Positions 1 to 13,485 of a stretch of DNA of 64,000 bases are shown here, piece by piece. A model generated the notes under the pieces. The model was not told where the DNA came from, did no database searches, and was given only the letters and a program-made list of their open reading frames with translations. Position numbers and translations under genes: made by a program. Source of the stretch: Octopus sinensis. Taxonomy: Eukaryota. Numbering within the stretch: position 1 is the first letter of the stretch; each line of letters starts with the position of its first letter. The stretch lies in contig NC_043000.1 in the NCBI RefSeq assembly GCF_006345805.1, positions 49,290,001-49,354,000 on the forward strand, in the 5' to 3' direction.

Positions 1-95
1 TGAAATAAGTACCCGTTGAGCAGTGGAGTCGATGTAATCGAGCACGCCTCTTCCCCCAAATTTAACCCCCCTGTAGCTATAGTAGAAAAAATTAT
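1..95 (+). mobile_element. SINE family A, 3' part (cut by window edge)
   Basis: aaataagtacc...gagtcgatgtaatcga...ctatagtagaaa matches the 3' half of the family-A copies at 13265 and 19452. Confidence 0.7.
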
Positions 96-949
96 TATTA
101 TTCTTGTTCTTTTTTAACTGCCACTACTCTTCCCCAGTTCAATTCTGATCGAGAAGACATACCAACGTCGTTCAAGGAGAGACCATCCCGCTTTATTTTT
201 CAAAAATACCGTATATATATATAAATATAATGCATTATCCAACATAACCTTAAGCCTTTTAATAGAATAATATACGAGAGCGATTTGACTATTGTCTCTA
301 ACAGATAGAGTTACATCACAAATACTTGGTTGATTATCAACAATTCCTTAGTTTAGCTAACGCTGAATAGTGCTTACATATTATATATAGTATATATGGT
401 TGAATGGAACATTTGGCAATTAAGATATTTGTAATTGTAGTTAAACCGCACCAATGAAGCGATACGACACTGTGATATTGCTGATAAAATACACGACACG
501 CTTTCACCTGGGCCAAATGCGAATCCATATTCAAGCATTTTGCGTATATGTGCGAATGCAGTCACTTTCAAATATAAAGAATGTAAAAAAATTAAATAAC
601 AAAGCAAATTTCATTGTTGAACTTCACAAAAAATATCGCATCAAAAATACTGCAAAAATAAGGGAAATTTTTTCTTGGGGTACTTTCTAATAATTCATTA
701 TAATGCCTAACTTTGTGAAAGCTTTTCAATGAAGTTGAGAAAATGGCAAAAGAGAGATACAAAAACCAGTTCGTAGAAGATATAAGAAATGAGAAATACA
801 GAGAGAATGAGGGAGGCTCAGAGTCGTGATATATATGTATGGATGCTTGTTGTGCGTGATAATGTATGCTTTTCAGTAGCAAACCAAGAACGATAATTAC
901 ATAATTATATACATAAATACACAAATACACGTATGTATATAAAGCGTGT

Positions 950-950
950 T

Positions 951-1025
<75 letters not shown>
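950..1025. repeat. (TA)n microsatellite
   Basis: Near-perfect TA dinucleotide run. Confidence 0.95.
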
Positions 1026-1028
<3 letters not shown>

Positions 1029-1406
1029 TGAGCGCATGTGTGTATAAATATATATATTTAGAACATACCTATAGATATAAATATATGGATATATGTGAGT
1101 GTGTGTGTATGCGTGAAAGATATGTATGTATGCATGCATGTATGTATGTATGTATGTAAGTGAAATATTTGCTGTCATTAGTTTATTTATATTTTTGGTA
1201 ACATATTCTGCCTCGATCAATCAGTTGTTTATTCAGTACACACAATTCAGCCTACTTGTCAAAAGTGTGCGATTGCACTGTGGAAAAAAAAACAGACAGG
1301 CGTTAAAAAACATGTCTTCCTTCGAAGATAGATATTTTCCGGTTTCAGGGTAAAAAAAGAAAATATCGTAGAAAGGCTTCAAAGAAAAAATAATTATATA
1401 TATATA

Positions 1407-1441
<35 letters not shown>

Positions 1442-1499
1442 CATGTAAAGATGTCGGTGTGGGTAGAGACACATATATACATACATATATATATATATA

Positions 1500-1675
1500 C
1501 ACACGCATATATACGCATATATATATGCATATAAATATATACACATATATAAATGTTTATATATGTATACATATAAATATATACACATATATATAAATGT
1601 TTATATATGTATACATATAAATATATACACATATATATAAATGTTTATATATGCACACATATAAATATACATATG
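1500..1675. repeat. AT-rich minisatellite, unit about 40-44 bp
   Basis: atatatacacatatat(at)aaatgtttatatatg recurs three times in tandem. Confidence 0.8.
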
Positions 1676-1689
1676 TGTGTGTAATTATG

Positions 1690-1748
<59 letters not shown>

Positions 1749-2259
1749 CAGTGTTATTGTGTTTTACGTAAATTTCTATACATAGTTTTTGTATCTCAAT
1801 ATCTTTGTTTATATATATATATATGAAATACACATGTACATGTGTCTTTCTTGTGTGTGTATGTGTATCTATGCATATGCTTAGATACATTCACAAAATC
1901 ACGCTCATACATATAAAAGTGCGCGCACAGTTTCCCGATACACACATGCATATTTGCACATGTGCAGAAGAAGAGAGAAAGTGTATGTGCGCATGCATGT
2001 GGGTGTATATAAAGAATGTTTAAATACATATATGTGGAAATTTACAGACTTGCATAATATGCAATCAATACACATGCATACACTCATACATATAGAAGTA
2101 TGCAAAGAGAGAAAGCGACTGCGAGACACACTACCAAAAACACATCCATGTTTTCTGTGTGTATAGATGAATGCATGTAACTTTGCAATCAGACCACTTT
2201 TAAATGCTGGAAGCAAAACACAGACAAAAAGCATGAATTTTTTCAATGACGCCTATTCC

Positions 2260-2309
2260 TATTATTATTATTATTATTATTGTTGTTATTATTAATATTA
2301 TCATTATTA

Positions 2310-2374
<65 letters not shown>

Positions 2375-2375
2375 G
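2260..2375. repeat. (ATT)n microsatellite
   Basis: Interrupted then pure ATT run. Confidence 0.95.
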
Positions 2376-2525
2376 AGTTTATTATTTGAACTTTACGTTT
2401 GCAGGTGATTGATTGCAGTGAACAAAATTAACGAAGTTATTCAAAATAGTGATAATTTGATTATATTTGGTCTCTGGTTTCTATTGTGTGCGCGCGCACA
2501 CATTCACACACACACATACACATGC

Positions 2526-2556
<31 letters not shown>

Positions 2557-3221
2557 ATATATGTATTTTTTATATGCAATATTGTATGCATACAAAGATA
2601 TATATTGACATATTCACACATAAATATATGGCATATGTATAACAGTGTGGGTATATGTCTGTGAGCGTTCTAGTTATTATTATTATTATTGTTGTTGTTG
2701 TTGTTATTATTACTATCATTATTATTATTATTACTATTATTATTATTATTATTATTATCATTCCGATTGTTTCTTTATGTGTCTACACTTCAACTTTTTT
2801 TATCTCTCTTTTCTTCTGATATTCTGTAGTAGAATTCCCATATGCTCTATATATTATGTTTGACAATGTTTCACAATGGAAAAGTTAAGACGAGACAATG
2901 GAAGAATACTTGCTTAGAATATCACTGCTGTGCTATGTCTCAGACTAATGTACGAACAATAAAGCTAATGCCGATACGTATCGACATATAGAGGATTTAT
3001 CATCTTCAGTCAGAACCCTGTAGTCTAACAATACTTATACAACTGACACTCCGTCGGTTGCGACGATGAAGGATCCAGTTGATCCGAAAAACGGAATAGC
3101 CTGCAAGTGAAATTAACGTGTAAGTTGCTGAGAACTCCCCAAACACGCGTACTCTTAACATAGTTCTCGGGAAGATTCAGCATGAGAAGTTTGGCCCTTT
3201 GAAATACTGGCACTACACATT

Positions 3222-3340
3222 TTTGCCAGCTGAGTGAATTGGAGCAACGTGAAATAAAGTGTCTTGCTCAAGAGCACAATATACCGACGGGTATCGAACT
3301 CACGGTCTTACGATCGTGAGCTGATTACTTTAAACACTTG
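3222..3340 (-). mobile_element. tRNA-derived SINE family C, 5' portion
   Basis: ccagctgagtgaattggagcaacgtgaaataaagtgtcttgctcaag is the reverse complement of the post-tRNA segment of the copy at 37697; a tRNA B-box-like stretch follows. Confidence 0.75.
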
Positions 3341-3381
3341 AGAATGATAATAACATGTGGACTTTGATAAATTTCGTATAC

Positions 3382-3553
3382 AGGCGCAGGCGTGGCTGTG
3401 TAGTAAGTAGCTTGCTAACCAACCACATGGTTCCGGGTTCAGTCCCACTGCGTGACATCTTGGGCGAGTGTCTTCTGCTATAGCCCCGGGCCGACCAATG
3501 CCTTGTGAGTAGATTTGGTAGACGGAAACTGAAAGAAGCCTGTCGTATATATG

Positions 3554-3601
<48 letters not shown>

Positions 3602-3813
3602 TGTGTCTGTGTTTGTACCCCTAGCATTGCTTGACAACCGATGCTGGTGTGCTTACGTCCCCGTCGGTTCGGCAAAAAGAGACCGATAGAATAAGTACTG
3701 GGCTTACAAAAAAAATAAGTCCCGGGGTCGAGTTGCTCGACTAAAGGCGGTGCTCCAGCACGGCCGCAGTCAAATGACTGAAACAAGTAAAAGAGTAAAA
3801 GAGTAAAAAGAGT
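3382..3813 (+). mobile_element. tRNA-derived SINE family B (octopus OR-like), full length
   Basis: tRNA-like head (gtggctgtgtagtaag...gggttcagtccc), internal (TA)n(TG)n, tail ggcggtgctccagc...gactgaaacaagtaaaagag repeats; high similarity to the copies at 54696 and 62458. The published family name is not verified. Confidence 0.9.
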
Positions 3814-3953
3814 ATTAGCGTTTCAGTAGCTTTCTTTTTTGATTTGATTTTCGTCTAATATTTTCATTTTACCATGTTATTTAATTGAAAAGAAAAAAAA
3901 CTTAGAAAAACTAATTAGGCAGCAACGTATGAACAGCTATGAGATATAAAATA

Positions 3954-4164
3954 GTCCTTTCTACTCTAGGCACAAGGCCCGAAATTTCTGGGGAGGGGGT
4001 CAGTCAATTAGATCGACCTCAGTATGCAACTGGTACTTAATTTATCGATCCCGAAAGGATGAAAGGCAAAGTCGACCTCGGCGTAATTTGAACTCAGAAT
4101 GTAAAGACAGACTAAATACTGCTAAGCATTTCGCCGGCGTGTTGTTTCTACCAACTCACCGCCT
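3954..4164 (-). mobile_element. SINE family A with 16-bp target-site duplication
   Basis: Reverse complement of the family-A body; TSD tatgagatataaaata at 3938-3953 and 4165-4180. Confidence 0.9.
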
Positions 4165-5272
4165 TATGAGATATAAAATATTGTGGTAGATTGACTTGGT
4201 CTCTCGGAATAGCAGCCAAATCGCTCAAATTACTGCTAACCCTAAGTAAAATTTAAGGATAATATCGTGAACTACATTATTCTCAATCAGTTACCACAGT
4301 GGATGAATCATTATTTGACTACATTTGATTTTAAATCAGTTCAAACAAATCTGAAATGATTGAGTAAAACAACTACCATTGTGATATACCTGTTTAATTT
4401 ATAATTTGACCGCGTTGCCAACACATTGTGATACCAACTAGTCAGGTCAGTTCTGTTCAGTACTGCTTTGCGTTCGATATAAACAACTGTAAGCTAGCAA
4501 TGTATAATTGTTCTGTCATGAATTACCTAATTCAGATCGAAGTTACCAAGGCAATTTCAATTTCTCTACATACATCATTTGTTTATACAAGCTTAGATTC
4601 TGCAACGAAGTATAACATTTCAGATGAACTGTTCGTTTGTCTGCCAAATAGTGGCATGTCTCAACTTGTACCTTGACATGCAACCTAAATAATAATAAAA
4701 AAAATAACGATGTAATGCGAAAAAGAAACATTTCAAAAAATGATTAGCTCATATCTATTTTAACTTGTGGTTTGCACATATTTTCACCTGTATTTTTATT
4801 TGAATTTCCAAGTTAGAATTGGTTTTTAGGGGTTATTTTTTTTTATATGCTTATAAATATGTTCGCGAGACCGATGTAATGTCGGATAAATCAAATGACG
4901 CAGGGGTTTACCTTTTCCATTAAAAAGCGACGTTAATTCGAAAACGGCAGAACGTGAAAGGATTTAAGTGTGGTATGCCTGCACTTACCCAATAAATTGT
5001 AACATTTAATGTGAAAGAGCTCTATAACTTTAATTAATTAAGATTATACTCGAAACGAGAAAAGGTAAACATTAAAATAATGATTAAATTAAGCAAACAA
5101 AAGCAAGGGTGTCAACTCGAAATCTCGAAGATTTTGTAATGGGTTCGCGAGTCTAATTTTCGGTTACTTTAATTTTCTTCGAAGTAGATACGTATACTCT
5201 TTCAATATACTCCAGACGATATTACATAAAACCCATGCGTACGAACTGAAATATACAGTCGCACATTCAAAC

Positions 5273-5314
<42 letters not shown>

Positions 5315-5384
5315 TTATAAATATATACGTATGCAAAGACAAGTATGTGTATATACTGATACATTGATACATAGGTAGATGCGC

Positions 5385-5447
<63 letters not shown>

Positions 5448-5450
<3 letters not shown>

Positions 5451-5578
5451 GGTGTCCCAAAAAAATGTATACACATAGTGGTTCGGCAAAAGAGAACGAT
5501 AGAATAAGTACTAGGCTTACAAAGAATAACAAATTTACAATTATTTAAGGTGTGTATACATTTTTTGGGGACACCCTG
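5448..5578. mobile_element. Tc1/mariner-type MITE carrying a SINE-B fragment
   Basis: 27-bp TIRs CAGGGTGTCCC... (26/27 match), TA on both sides, inside a (TA)n array; interior matches SINE B. Confidence 0.85.
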
Positions 5579-5821
5579 TATATATATATATATATTTAGC
5601 AATTAAGGACAACTACTTAATAAGGAAAACTTAACAAGAAATTGTCAGGTAGATAGCGTGAAAACCTCATAAGAGAAAAAATTTCGAAAATAATTATTTC
5701 TTATTGAACATATTAATTTATATATAGAGGGCATTATACATACATGCCAGATGGCATTATACATACATGCCACACGCTAAGAGGGACAATTAGTCATTTC
5801 TACCAAAAATATTACTAATAT

Positions 5822-5851
<30 letters not shown>

Positions 5852-5857
<6 letters not shown>

Positions 5858-6113
5858 TTGCTGTTATGCAAAGTGTCGCAACTCTAAAACGTTGCTTTTT
5901 CAGTAAACGAAAAAATAGCTTCGCCATTCCGTAGCAAAACCGTTTTCCTACACTTTGGCAATGTTTAATATCTTGCCATCCAAGCCAGCTGGACATACGG
6001 ATACGATTCTTTGACCAAAAGAACTGGCTATTGCAAGCGAAAATAAATATTGAAAAAAAAACGCATTTGTCCGAATTTGGACATACGACAGATTAACATA
6101 ACAGCAACGATAT
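5852..6113. mobile_element. MITE-like element with 17-bp TIRs
   Basis: atatcgttgctgttatg (5852-5868) and cataacagcaacgatat (6097-6113); adjacent to a TA run; no ORF. Confidence 0.65.
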
Positions 6114-6128
6114 GTATAATGCTTTATC

Positions 6129-6220
6129 TTTTTTTCTTACTTTTTTCAGTCATTTAACTGCAGCCATGCTGGAGCAAACCCTTTAGTCAAACAGATCGAC
6201 TCCATGAATTCTATTTCTTA
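6129..6220 (-). mobile_element. SINE B 3' tail fragment
   Basis: ttcagtcatttaactgcagccatgctggagc is the reverse complement of the B tail. Confidence 0.7.
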
Positions 6221-6737
6221 ATCTGACATTGATTTATGAATAACTGGACGATTCTTTTTCCTGCAATTTTTTTTTTCACAGTTGAAAATGTATTTTGGAA
6301 TCAATCATAGAAATCCGTTTAATACATGATTTCCCTTGAAAAAAAGCAACCGGTACTTTTCTGTAATATTTCGTTTTGCGAAATAACTGTAACACGTGTA
6401 TATTTTCTAGTTAATTTTTCCAGTCCGTCATATAAGATTTCATTGGAATGCCAGTTCTGTATAAGAAAGTCCATCAAACAATAAAGTACAAATTTGGATT
6501 CAACAGTTATTTTATGTTGAGGAAAGGTTTTAACTGTCGTTTGTTGTTTTAAAAGGAATTCTTTATTACTGTCGTCTTTCTATCCTTCTTTCTTGCTACA
6601 CATTTATTGGTATGGGTGTCAATCTGTCTGTCTTATGTCTGTATGTATAGATTCAAAGAGAGAAAAATAAATGAATGTGCAAATGTATATATTTAAAAAT
6701 ATGTTTACTTACATGCATAAATAGAAATATATACATG

Positions 6738-6795
<58 letters not shown>

Positions 6796-6974
6796 GGCAT
6801 ATATACATGAAGATATACATGTGTGGTTTTTCTATATATAATCATAGAGCATACATACCTACTTCTATGTATATATTTCCGTACATACATTAGCATACGT
6901 ATATATTCGTAAGTTATGCATGTACGTAGGTATATGTATACACACAAACACACACACACACACCACACACACAC

Positions 6975-7011
<37 letters not shown>

Positions 7012-7108
7012 CGTGAAGCTTTATGAAAATAAACAAAAGACGAAGGCAGGTGGAAAACAAACGAACAATTGTATTAGTATGGCGCTCAGGAAATATAAAT
7101 AAAACAAG

Positions 7109-7146
7109 TCTTTAACGTTTCGAGCCTACGCTCTTCAACAGAAAGA
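7109..7146 (-). ncRNA. Minimal type-I hammerhead-like motif (variant core CUGUUGA) in an ORF-less repeat, probably Penelope-derived
   Basis: Reverse complement reads TCTTT-CTGTTGA-A-GAGC-GTAG-GCTC-GAAACGTT-AAAGA: 5-bp helix I, 4-bp helix II, palindromic ACGT helix III. Confidence 0.55.
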
Positions 7147-9514
7147 TACACAGAGAGAGAAAAACACAGAAAGAATGAGAGAAAAAAAATGCGTGCAGTA
7201 GCTAACGAATCAACATGGCGATATACATATACCTTAAATATTGTTTGTAATCATAAAACAATTCTAATGAAAACAAGCATAATGGAAGAAAGCTGTATGT
7301 CATTTTAAAGATCCATCTAATAAATAACAATCATATGATTTACGGAACATTTTTCCTTTTTCTTTTTAGCAGAAATGCATCAGGAATTGAGGAACTGCTT
7401 TTAACTATCGTGACACTAAATCAAACAATTGACGTTTTATTTTGTTTCAGTCATTGCAGCCGTAATCAAGGCGTCTCGTTACATCTAACTAAATTGTCTT
7501 GTATATCCATCCTCGCTCATCGAGTACTTCCAGGAATATCTTGCTGTTATTTCTACATATGAAGGAAATGACGTAGAGGAACCCTTCACAAAGTTGGGGA
7601 AAGCTTGTTGATAAAGTAGGCGTCACCTTTGTAGGAGGAGCTTGATAGAGGAATTTCTAAATCAATTACTAATAATTTTAGTAAAATTACTCTTATTCAT
7701 TAGTATAACATTTTAAAAGATTTTAACTTTGAAACCCTCTTTTTACGTTTATATTCGGTGCCATTTTGCGCTTTCATTTTAAGTAATGAACGCCAGTAGT
7801 CAAAAGCCGGTAATGAAAATGTTTGATCAAGTCATGGAGTAGCAATTGTTTAAACAGTATTCCCATTGTTTATATTGCTTTTAGAAGTCTTACATAAACA
7901 AATGTAATTTTTAAATCGTAATCAAATCTCAAGAGCAATTTTATTTTATTGAATTATTTTCTGTGAGAATATAAATACATCGAAAGAAGTAAATACATCA
8001 GAGAAAATAAATGTTTGCAAACTCCCCTTCACAGCTTTCTACGTAACACAAGTAAATAGCAAGCACGTAAGTGAGAATTAATTTCAAGTAAAATAACATT
8101 TTCATCAGAATAAATTGACCCAAAAAATAGTTAAAGGGTTTTCAGAATTAACGGGTCTTTCCTTTATTTATTTATACGAGTAAATTTACATCAGTCATTT
8201 CCAGTTAAACCAGAATTCTTCTGTAATGGCCTTTACTTGTGTTTTCCTGTGAGTTTGATTCGATTAAACGACTAGAGCATTTTGATACTAAATCTAGTTA
8301 TGTAATTAGTTAAACCATTAATTTATCTACGTTATTGTCGCTTAATTTCTCCTTTCATTATCGTCTGCCAATTCCACTTGAGCATTAGTGTAAATGGCTG
8401 GAATGGTAGATCACAGTATTCGACGCATTGCAGTTTACATTTGCAGCACTTTAACGATTCATTTGCTTTCTTGTTACGGGGGCTGAGCAATAGACTTCGC
8501 GCATATTCTGGGCAAATACTGGCATAGTGTTGCGACGACGAAATATCTCAGAATATTTCAGCCATGTGTTAGGGTTTTTCTTTAAGAAAGAACTGAACCT
8601 CACAACAGTCTGTTGAATCTTCCTTTAAAACGATACAGTACTATGTCAAAACAAAAGTATATAATTAATTTATAAGCAAGCGAGAGTATAAATAGAAGTG
8701 ACCACATTGCAACCGATAGAAGTGACCACAAACCCAAATATTTGAGTTTCGTATGCTGACGCAATCTCAGCACTATCTCTATAGTTGCAGATTTAACTCT
8801 CACCAGCTGGGTACAGCTACCTCTTAGGTATTGCTAAAAGTAAGATAAGCACTATAAAACTAATGAGAGCGCCGTTAGCCTGCTGGTGTTCAAATCATTT
8901 TAACCGGAGGATAGCATTATTCTTAAACATTCTTATGGAATTATTCACAATCTAACTAGGCTGCTATAACATAGTATAGTCATAAACTCTCGGTGATCCA
9001 AGTTTTTAACTAGATTTTATTTCCCATTTAGAGCCTTTTCATTTTCAATATGCAACCTTTCGCAAAACTATGGACGTTAACATTTGAAATATATCGCAGG
9101 CCAATTTAGTTTCGGTTTTTTAACTTTAAGTTAAATTTAGTGAAACAGCAGAAGTAATTGACCACTACATCCATTTATTTATTTTCGATTTCTGTTTGAC
9201 TGTAAGTAAAGAGATATCAAAGGACAACAGTTCTTAGGAATAGCAATGATTAACATACCTAGTATGGCATTTATCTGTAATAACTAGAAGAGAGATGAAT
9301 ACGTCAGATGGGCATGGATAAAAATGGCGCTCGTTTTGCTAGATCAGATTAACAGAATCGTTTACTTTTCAACAGTGAAACAGAGACGAAATACAATAAA
9401 GCAGTGAGTGAATCTGTCATTTTTATATCAAAAGTGTGGGAGGGATATACAGCAAAAGTCAACATATTGTGTGTGTGTGTGTATGTATATATATATAATT
9501 GGTTTCGAGGTAGA

Positions 9515-9527
9515 TAGATAGACATAT

Positions 9528-9622
<95 letters not shown>

Positions 9623-9792
9623 AAAATAGGCAGGCAGGTAGGTAGGTAGGCAGGTAGGTAGGTAGCTTGCTAGGTAGGTAGGTAGGTAGGTAGCTAGCTA
9701 GCTAGCTAGCCAGGCAGGTAGGTAGGTAGGTAGGTAGGTAGGTAGGTAGGTAGGTAGGTAGGTAGGTAGGTAGGTCGGTCGGTCGGTCGGTC
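9515..9792. repeat. Compound tetranucleotide microsatellite (GACA)n(GATA)n(GGTA)n(GGTC)n
   Basis: Successive blocks of related tetramers. Confidence 0.95.
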
Positions 9793-11729
9793 GACCATTT
9801 ATCCTATAAATATACTGATTCTATATTCCTTGTTTCCCAATCATTTTCATTCGATTACACAACCTCCAAGCTTTCAAAATCTTGACGCCAAACGATAGGA
9901 CGTTTGAAATGAAAGCACGCAGCTCTGATTTTTTTCCTCTATAACTGATTACATTGTGTTATAATAATATTTTGTTGATATCTGTTATCATAAATGAATT
10001 TCTTTCTCAGTGTTCATTGTGTTTCTTTTATTTCTATCAATATTTCCTTTGTTTTTGTTCCAAAATTTATATTTCACCGCGCTAGCTGTATAAGAATCTA
10101 ACAAATATGTCCTTTATGTCAGAATATATTTAGTAAATTTATCATCTTCTATTCTAAAAGCATCGATCATGCTGAGCCAAGTAATTCTAAATATTACTAA
10201 AACAGAAGTATTACAAATGTTTGTAGATTTTTTTTCTTTGAACAGTATTTTATTTTTATAAAAAAAAATTCTTCTATGTAAGTTTCTAATATATTTCTAT
10301 CACTATTCTATAACTGATATTCTCTAACTTTCCGTTTAACAAATAATCTTCATGCTTGATAATGATTTTATAAAACGAAAATGATCACTACGATTTTTAA
10401 CAGCTTTCAATGGATTCTTTTTTCTTCTCTCAAAAATGATTAGTTTTTAAGTCCCTATTTCATTTCCGTACGAGAGAGAGAGTGTGTGTGTGTGTGTGTG
10501 TGTGTAACGTTTCTAATTTCTTTTAGATGTGAAAATGCTGCGTTATCTATAGCCATAAAGAGGTTTTTATCTGTGAAAATACGAATGTTGAGAATTAATT
10601 ATACTCCTCCTTAGACTTCACTGTTAAGTAGAACTAATTCTCAAGACATTTTCTTTTTTTCTAAATATATTTCAACATCAGACAATTTTCCTTATTTTGA
10701 ATCTTATCTAAAAGAAACTATTTTTGCTTTTTGCTTTGTTTTCATTCGGAAAAGCAAATGGGGGAATAGGATCATTGCCTTTTGATGCATTTTTGCTACA
10801 GAAGTGGATTTTTATATTAATGAAGATAATATTTGATATCGTTTAATGTTTATCTTCTTATTTCTATTTTCATCTCCCATTACTAAAATGTTTCACCATT
10901 TGCTTAAGTATATTGCAATTTTGAAAGCTTTCAAAACTGGAATATACTAAGATATTTATGGTAAGTCTAACTATAGATTTCACACTTAGACTTACACCGA
11001 TCAATAAAATCTAATGAAATAATGATCAAACTGTTCTGATAAATACTGCTGTCTTTTGTATTTTCTCTTGATATATAATTACTTGTTTGTAGACTGTTCC
11101 ACCAAGAAATAGTTACGTGAGCCATATGCAAACTAGGGTATCAATGGGCGATTCTGTTTCAAGGCCTTTTAATTAGTTGTCTCTCACACAATCGATTAAC
11201 CATACTGAGATAAACTTATAGATTAGTAAATATCAGTTTTTCTACATACCACTGTAATACACTGCGGAGATATGTTCGATCTTAAATATTTTTAGTTATT
11301 AGTGATTCTTTAAACCTTGAAGCTATAGAAGACAGGTTTTCGACTAATGTGTGATCCAAATATTTCTTATGGAACAAAAATGAAACCGAACACAAAGCCT
11401 AACAAGCAAACTAAGAACAGCTTATTATGCCCACGAAGGTGCTTTGCTAGTAATACCGTTGAAGCTGAAATTGATCCATAAACAAAGAAAAATAAAATAA
11501 TTAGATTTACACATTTCGTTTTTGGATTTGGTTTGCAAGATTCTTTATATGAGTTCGTGTGTTGAAGCATATTCTGTTGTGTCTGGGGAGAGTCATTTTC
11601 TTTTTGTACGTTATAATGTAACACATTCACCGGTAAAATTTCCACTTATTTCTTATTTTCGTTTGCCTAAAATTTTCGTTGCGTCTTGCAACCTTTTCAA
11701 TAGTCTTGATTTATACAATTGTTGGAATA

Positions 11730-11930
11730 GAATTGGACGGGAAACTTATTGACAATGATTACAATAGGTGGACTAAAAATACTAACAAACTGGATTCAGT
11801 ATAACCGCAAAAGATACAGAGAACGACAATTAAAAAGACAGTGTTGAATAGAATCGATTTAGCAAAAATTGGACACTGGATGCACAAAGGCGAAAATCAT
11901 GGAGAAATATTAAGTAATTATCCATCAGTG
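11730..11930 (+). mobile_element. RTE-clade LINE C-terminal remnant
   Basis: Frameshifted WTGNLL / NRWTKILTNWIQYNRKRYRER resembles the RTE tail motif WAGH...NRWTKxxTxWxPxxxKRxRGR; followed by an (ATTG)n-like simple-repeat tail. Confidence 0.55.
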
Positions 11931-13264
11931 GGAGAGTAAAAGCTGATTTAATTGATTGATTGACTGATTGGTTTATTGATTAATTGATTGGTTGATTGAT
12001 TGATTGGTTTATTGATTGACTGATTGATTGAGATTCCTAAAGTAATTTCATTCATTGAAGGCCAGGTGCTTTAACTTGCTTTAATTTTCTAATATTGACT
12101 TTGCCCTGTCACCCTGAAAGTACCGAAGAGAGTTACAATAGCATCAATAAAAAAATGTTCTGCAACAATGAAAGCTATTATGATAAGATAAGAAATGTCA
12201 TTATAATCATGTCCTCATCCGTTTCAAATGTTTACCTAACTTTCGAAATTAATATTATTTCAAACAGATTTTGCTAAAGATGTAAATGAATTTAATGCAA
12301 CGATAAATAACGAAGTCAAATTTCATATATTTGCTATGCTACTTGGTTACTTCTAGATTGAGAGCTTTGAAAGTTAATTTCGTCTTTTATTGACTGTGAT
12401 ATTTTCAGTGCTTTTCTTTCATCTCCTGTGAAATTTATATTAGTCTTCTTTAACTTCACTTATTATCTTCAATATAATAATTGGCTGGAATATGATCGAG
12501 TTAATTTTTACGTACGATGTAGGAAATAAAAATGGATTTTTTAATCTTCTTTACATTTTTCATAACATCAGTCATCTGACTAGGCCCATGCTTGGGTACT
12601 GCCAACAGTTATATTGAGCCTAGTACTCAGACTGACAATATTTTCAGCTATCTCTAATTATGGAATGGCTAAAAACATCTTTGACTCAAAATAATATAAA
12701 TCGATGCCTAATACCACAATATCTTTGTTATTTACGCTGGTGAATATATATATATGTGTGTATGTGTGTTTGTGTGTACATATACGCACGCACACATATA
12801 TACAGAGACAGTGGGAGGGAAAGAGTAGTAAACTTATGAGCATGTACTTTTAGAACCAAATGTTTTTCTTTTTTCTTTTTCTTAAATTGCTTAATAACAT
12901 TTTATTACAGTATATACAAAATCATAATAGAAATTTATTCTGACGCGATGTTAGTGCTACTGCTCAGCAATTTTTCCAGCTCTCAACGCCCGTATTTTTA
13001 TACAGATTAGAATAGGCTACTTTTCTTTTATCCTAGTTTGTGCATATAATAAATAGGTAGAAGCAACTATTTTCACAACGCCAAAGGAATTTAGTAAACG
13101 TTTTCTGATTTAGTAGCAAAAGTGCTATAGCTAATCTAGTTTACCTCTTTTATGGCTACAAAGAAATACCACAGCATTTCACAGAGATGCTAAAGTGTGA
13201 TTTTACTAAAAAGATATATGCTCAAATTTATCATATAATTTTACGTGTAGTGTTTCTATAATAT

Positions 13265-13485
13265 AAGGTGGCCAGCTGACAGAATCGTTAGCACTCTGGG
13301 GAAAAATGTTTTCTGACATCTTGCCCGTCTTTACGTTCTAAGTTCAAATGCCGCCAAGGTCGACTTTGCCTTTCATCCTTTCGAGGTCGATAAAATATCT
13401 ACCAGTCTAGCACCAGGGACTGATGCAATGTAATCGACTAGCCCCCTCCCACAAAATTTCAGGCCTTATGCCTATAGTATGCAGA
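13265..13485 (+). mobile_element. SINE family A
   Basis: cagaatcgttagc...agttcaaatgccgccaaggtcgactttgcctttcatcctttcg... Confidence 0.85.

Noticed and set aside
137-330. Exon-like segment after ctcttccccag (FNSDREDIPTSFKERPSRF)
   Set aside because: Resembles, in reverse, the degenerate repeat also seen at 40440-40620, 4185-4350 and 28090-28160; no good donor
8450-8832. Minus-strand exon candidates QYLRGSCTQL and KIQQTVVRF...RRRNTMPVF...MNR*
   Set aside because: Plausible splice signals, but no recognisable homology and no consistent exon chain
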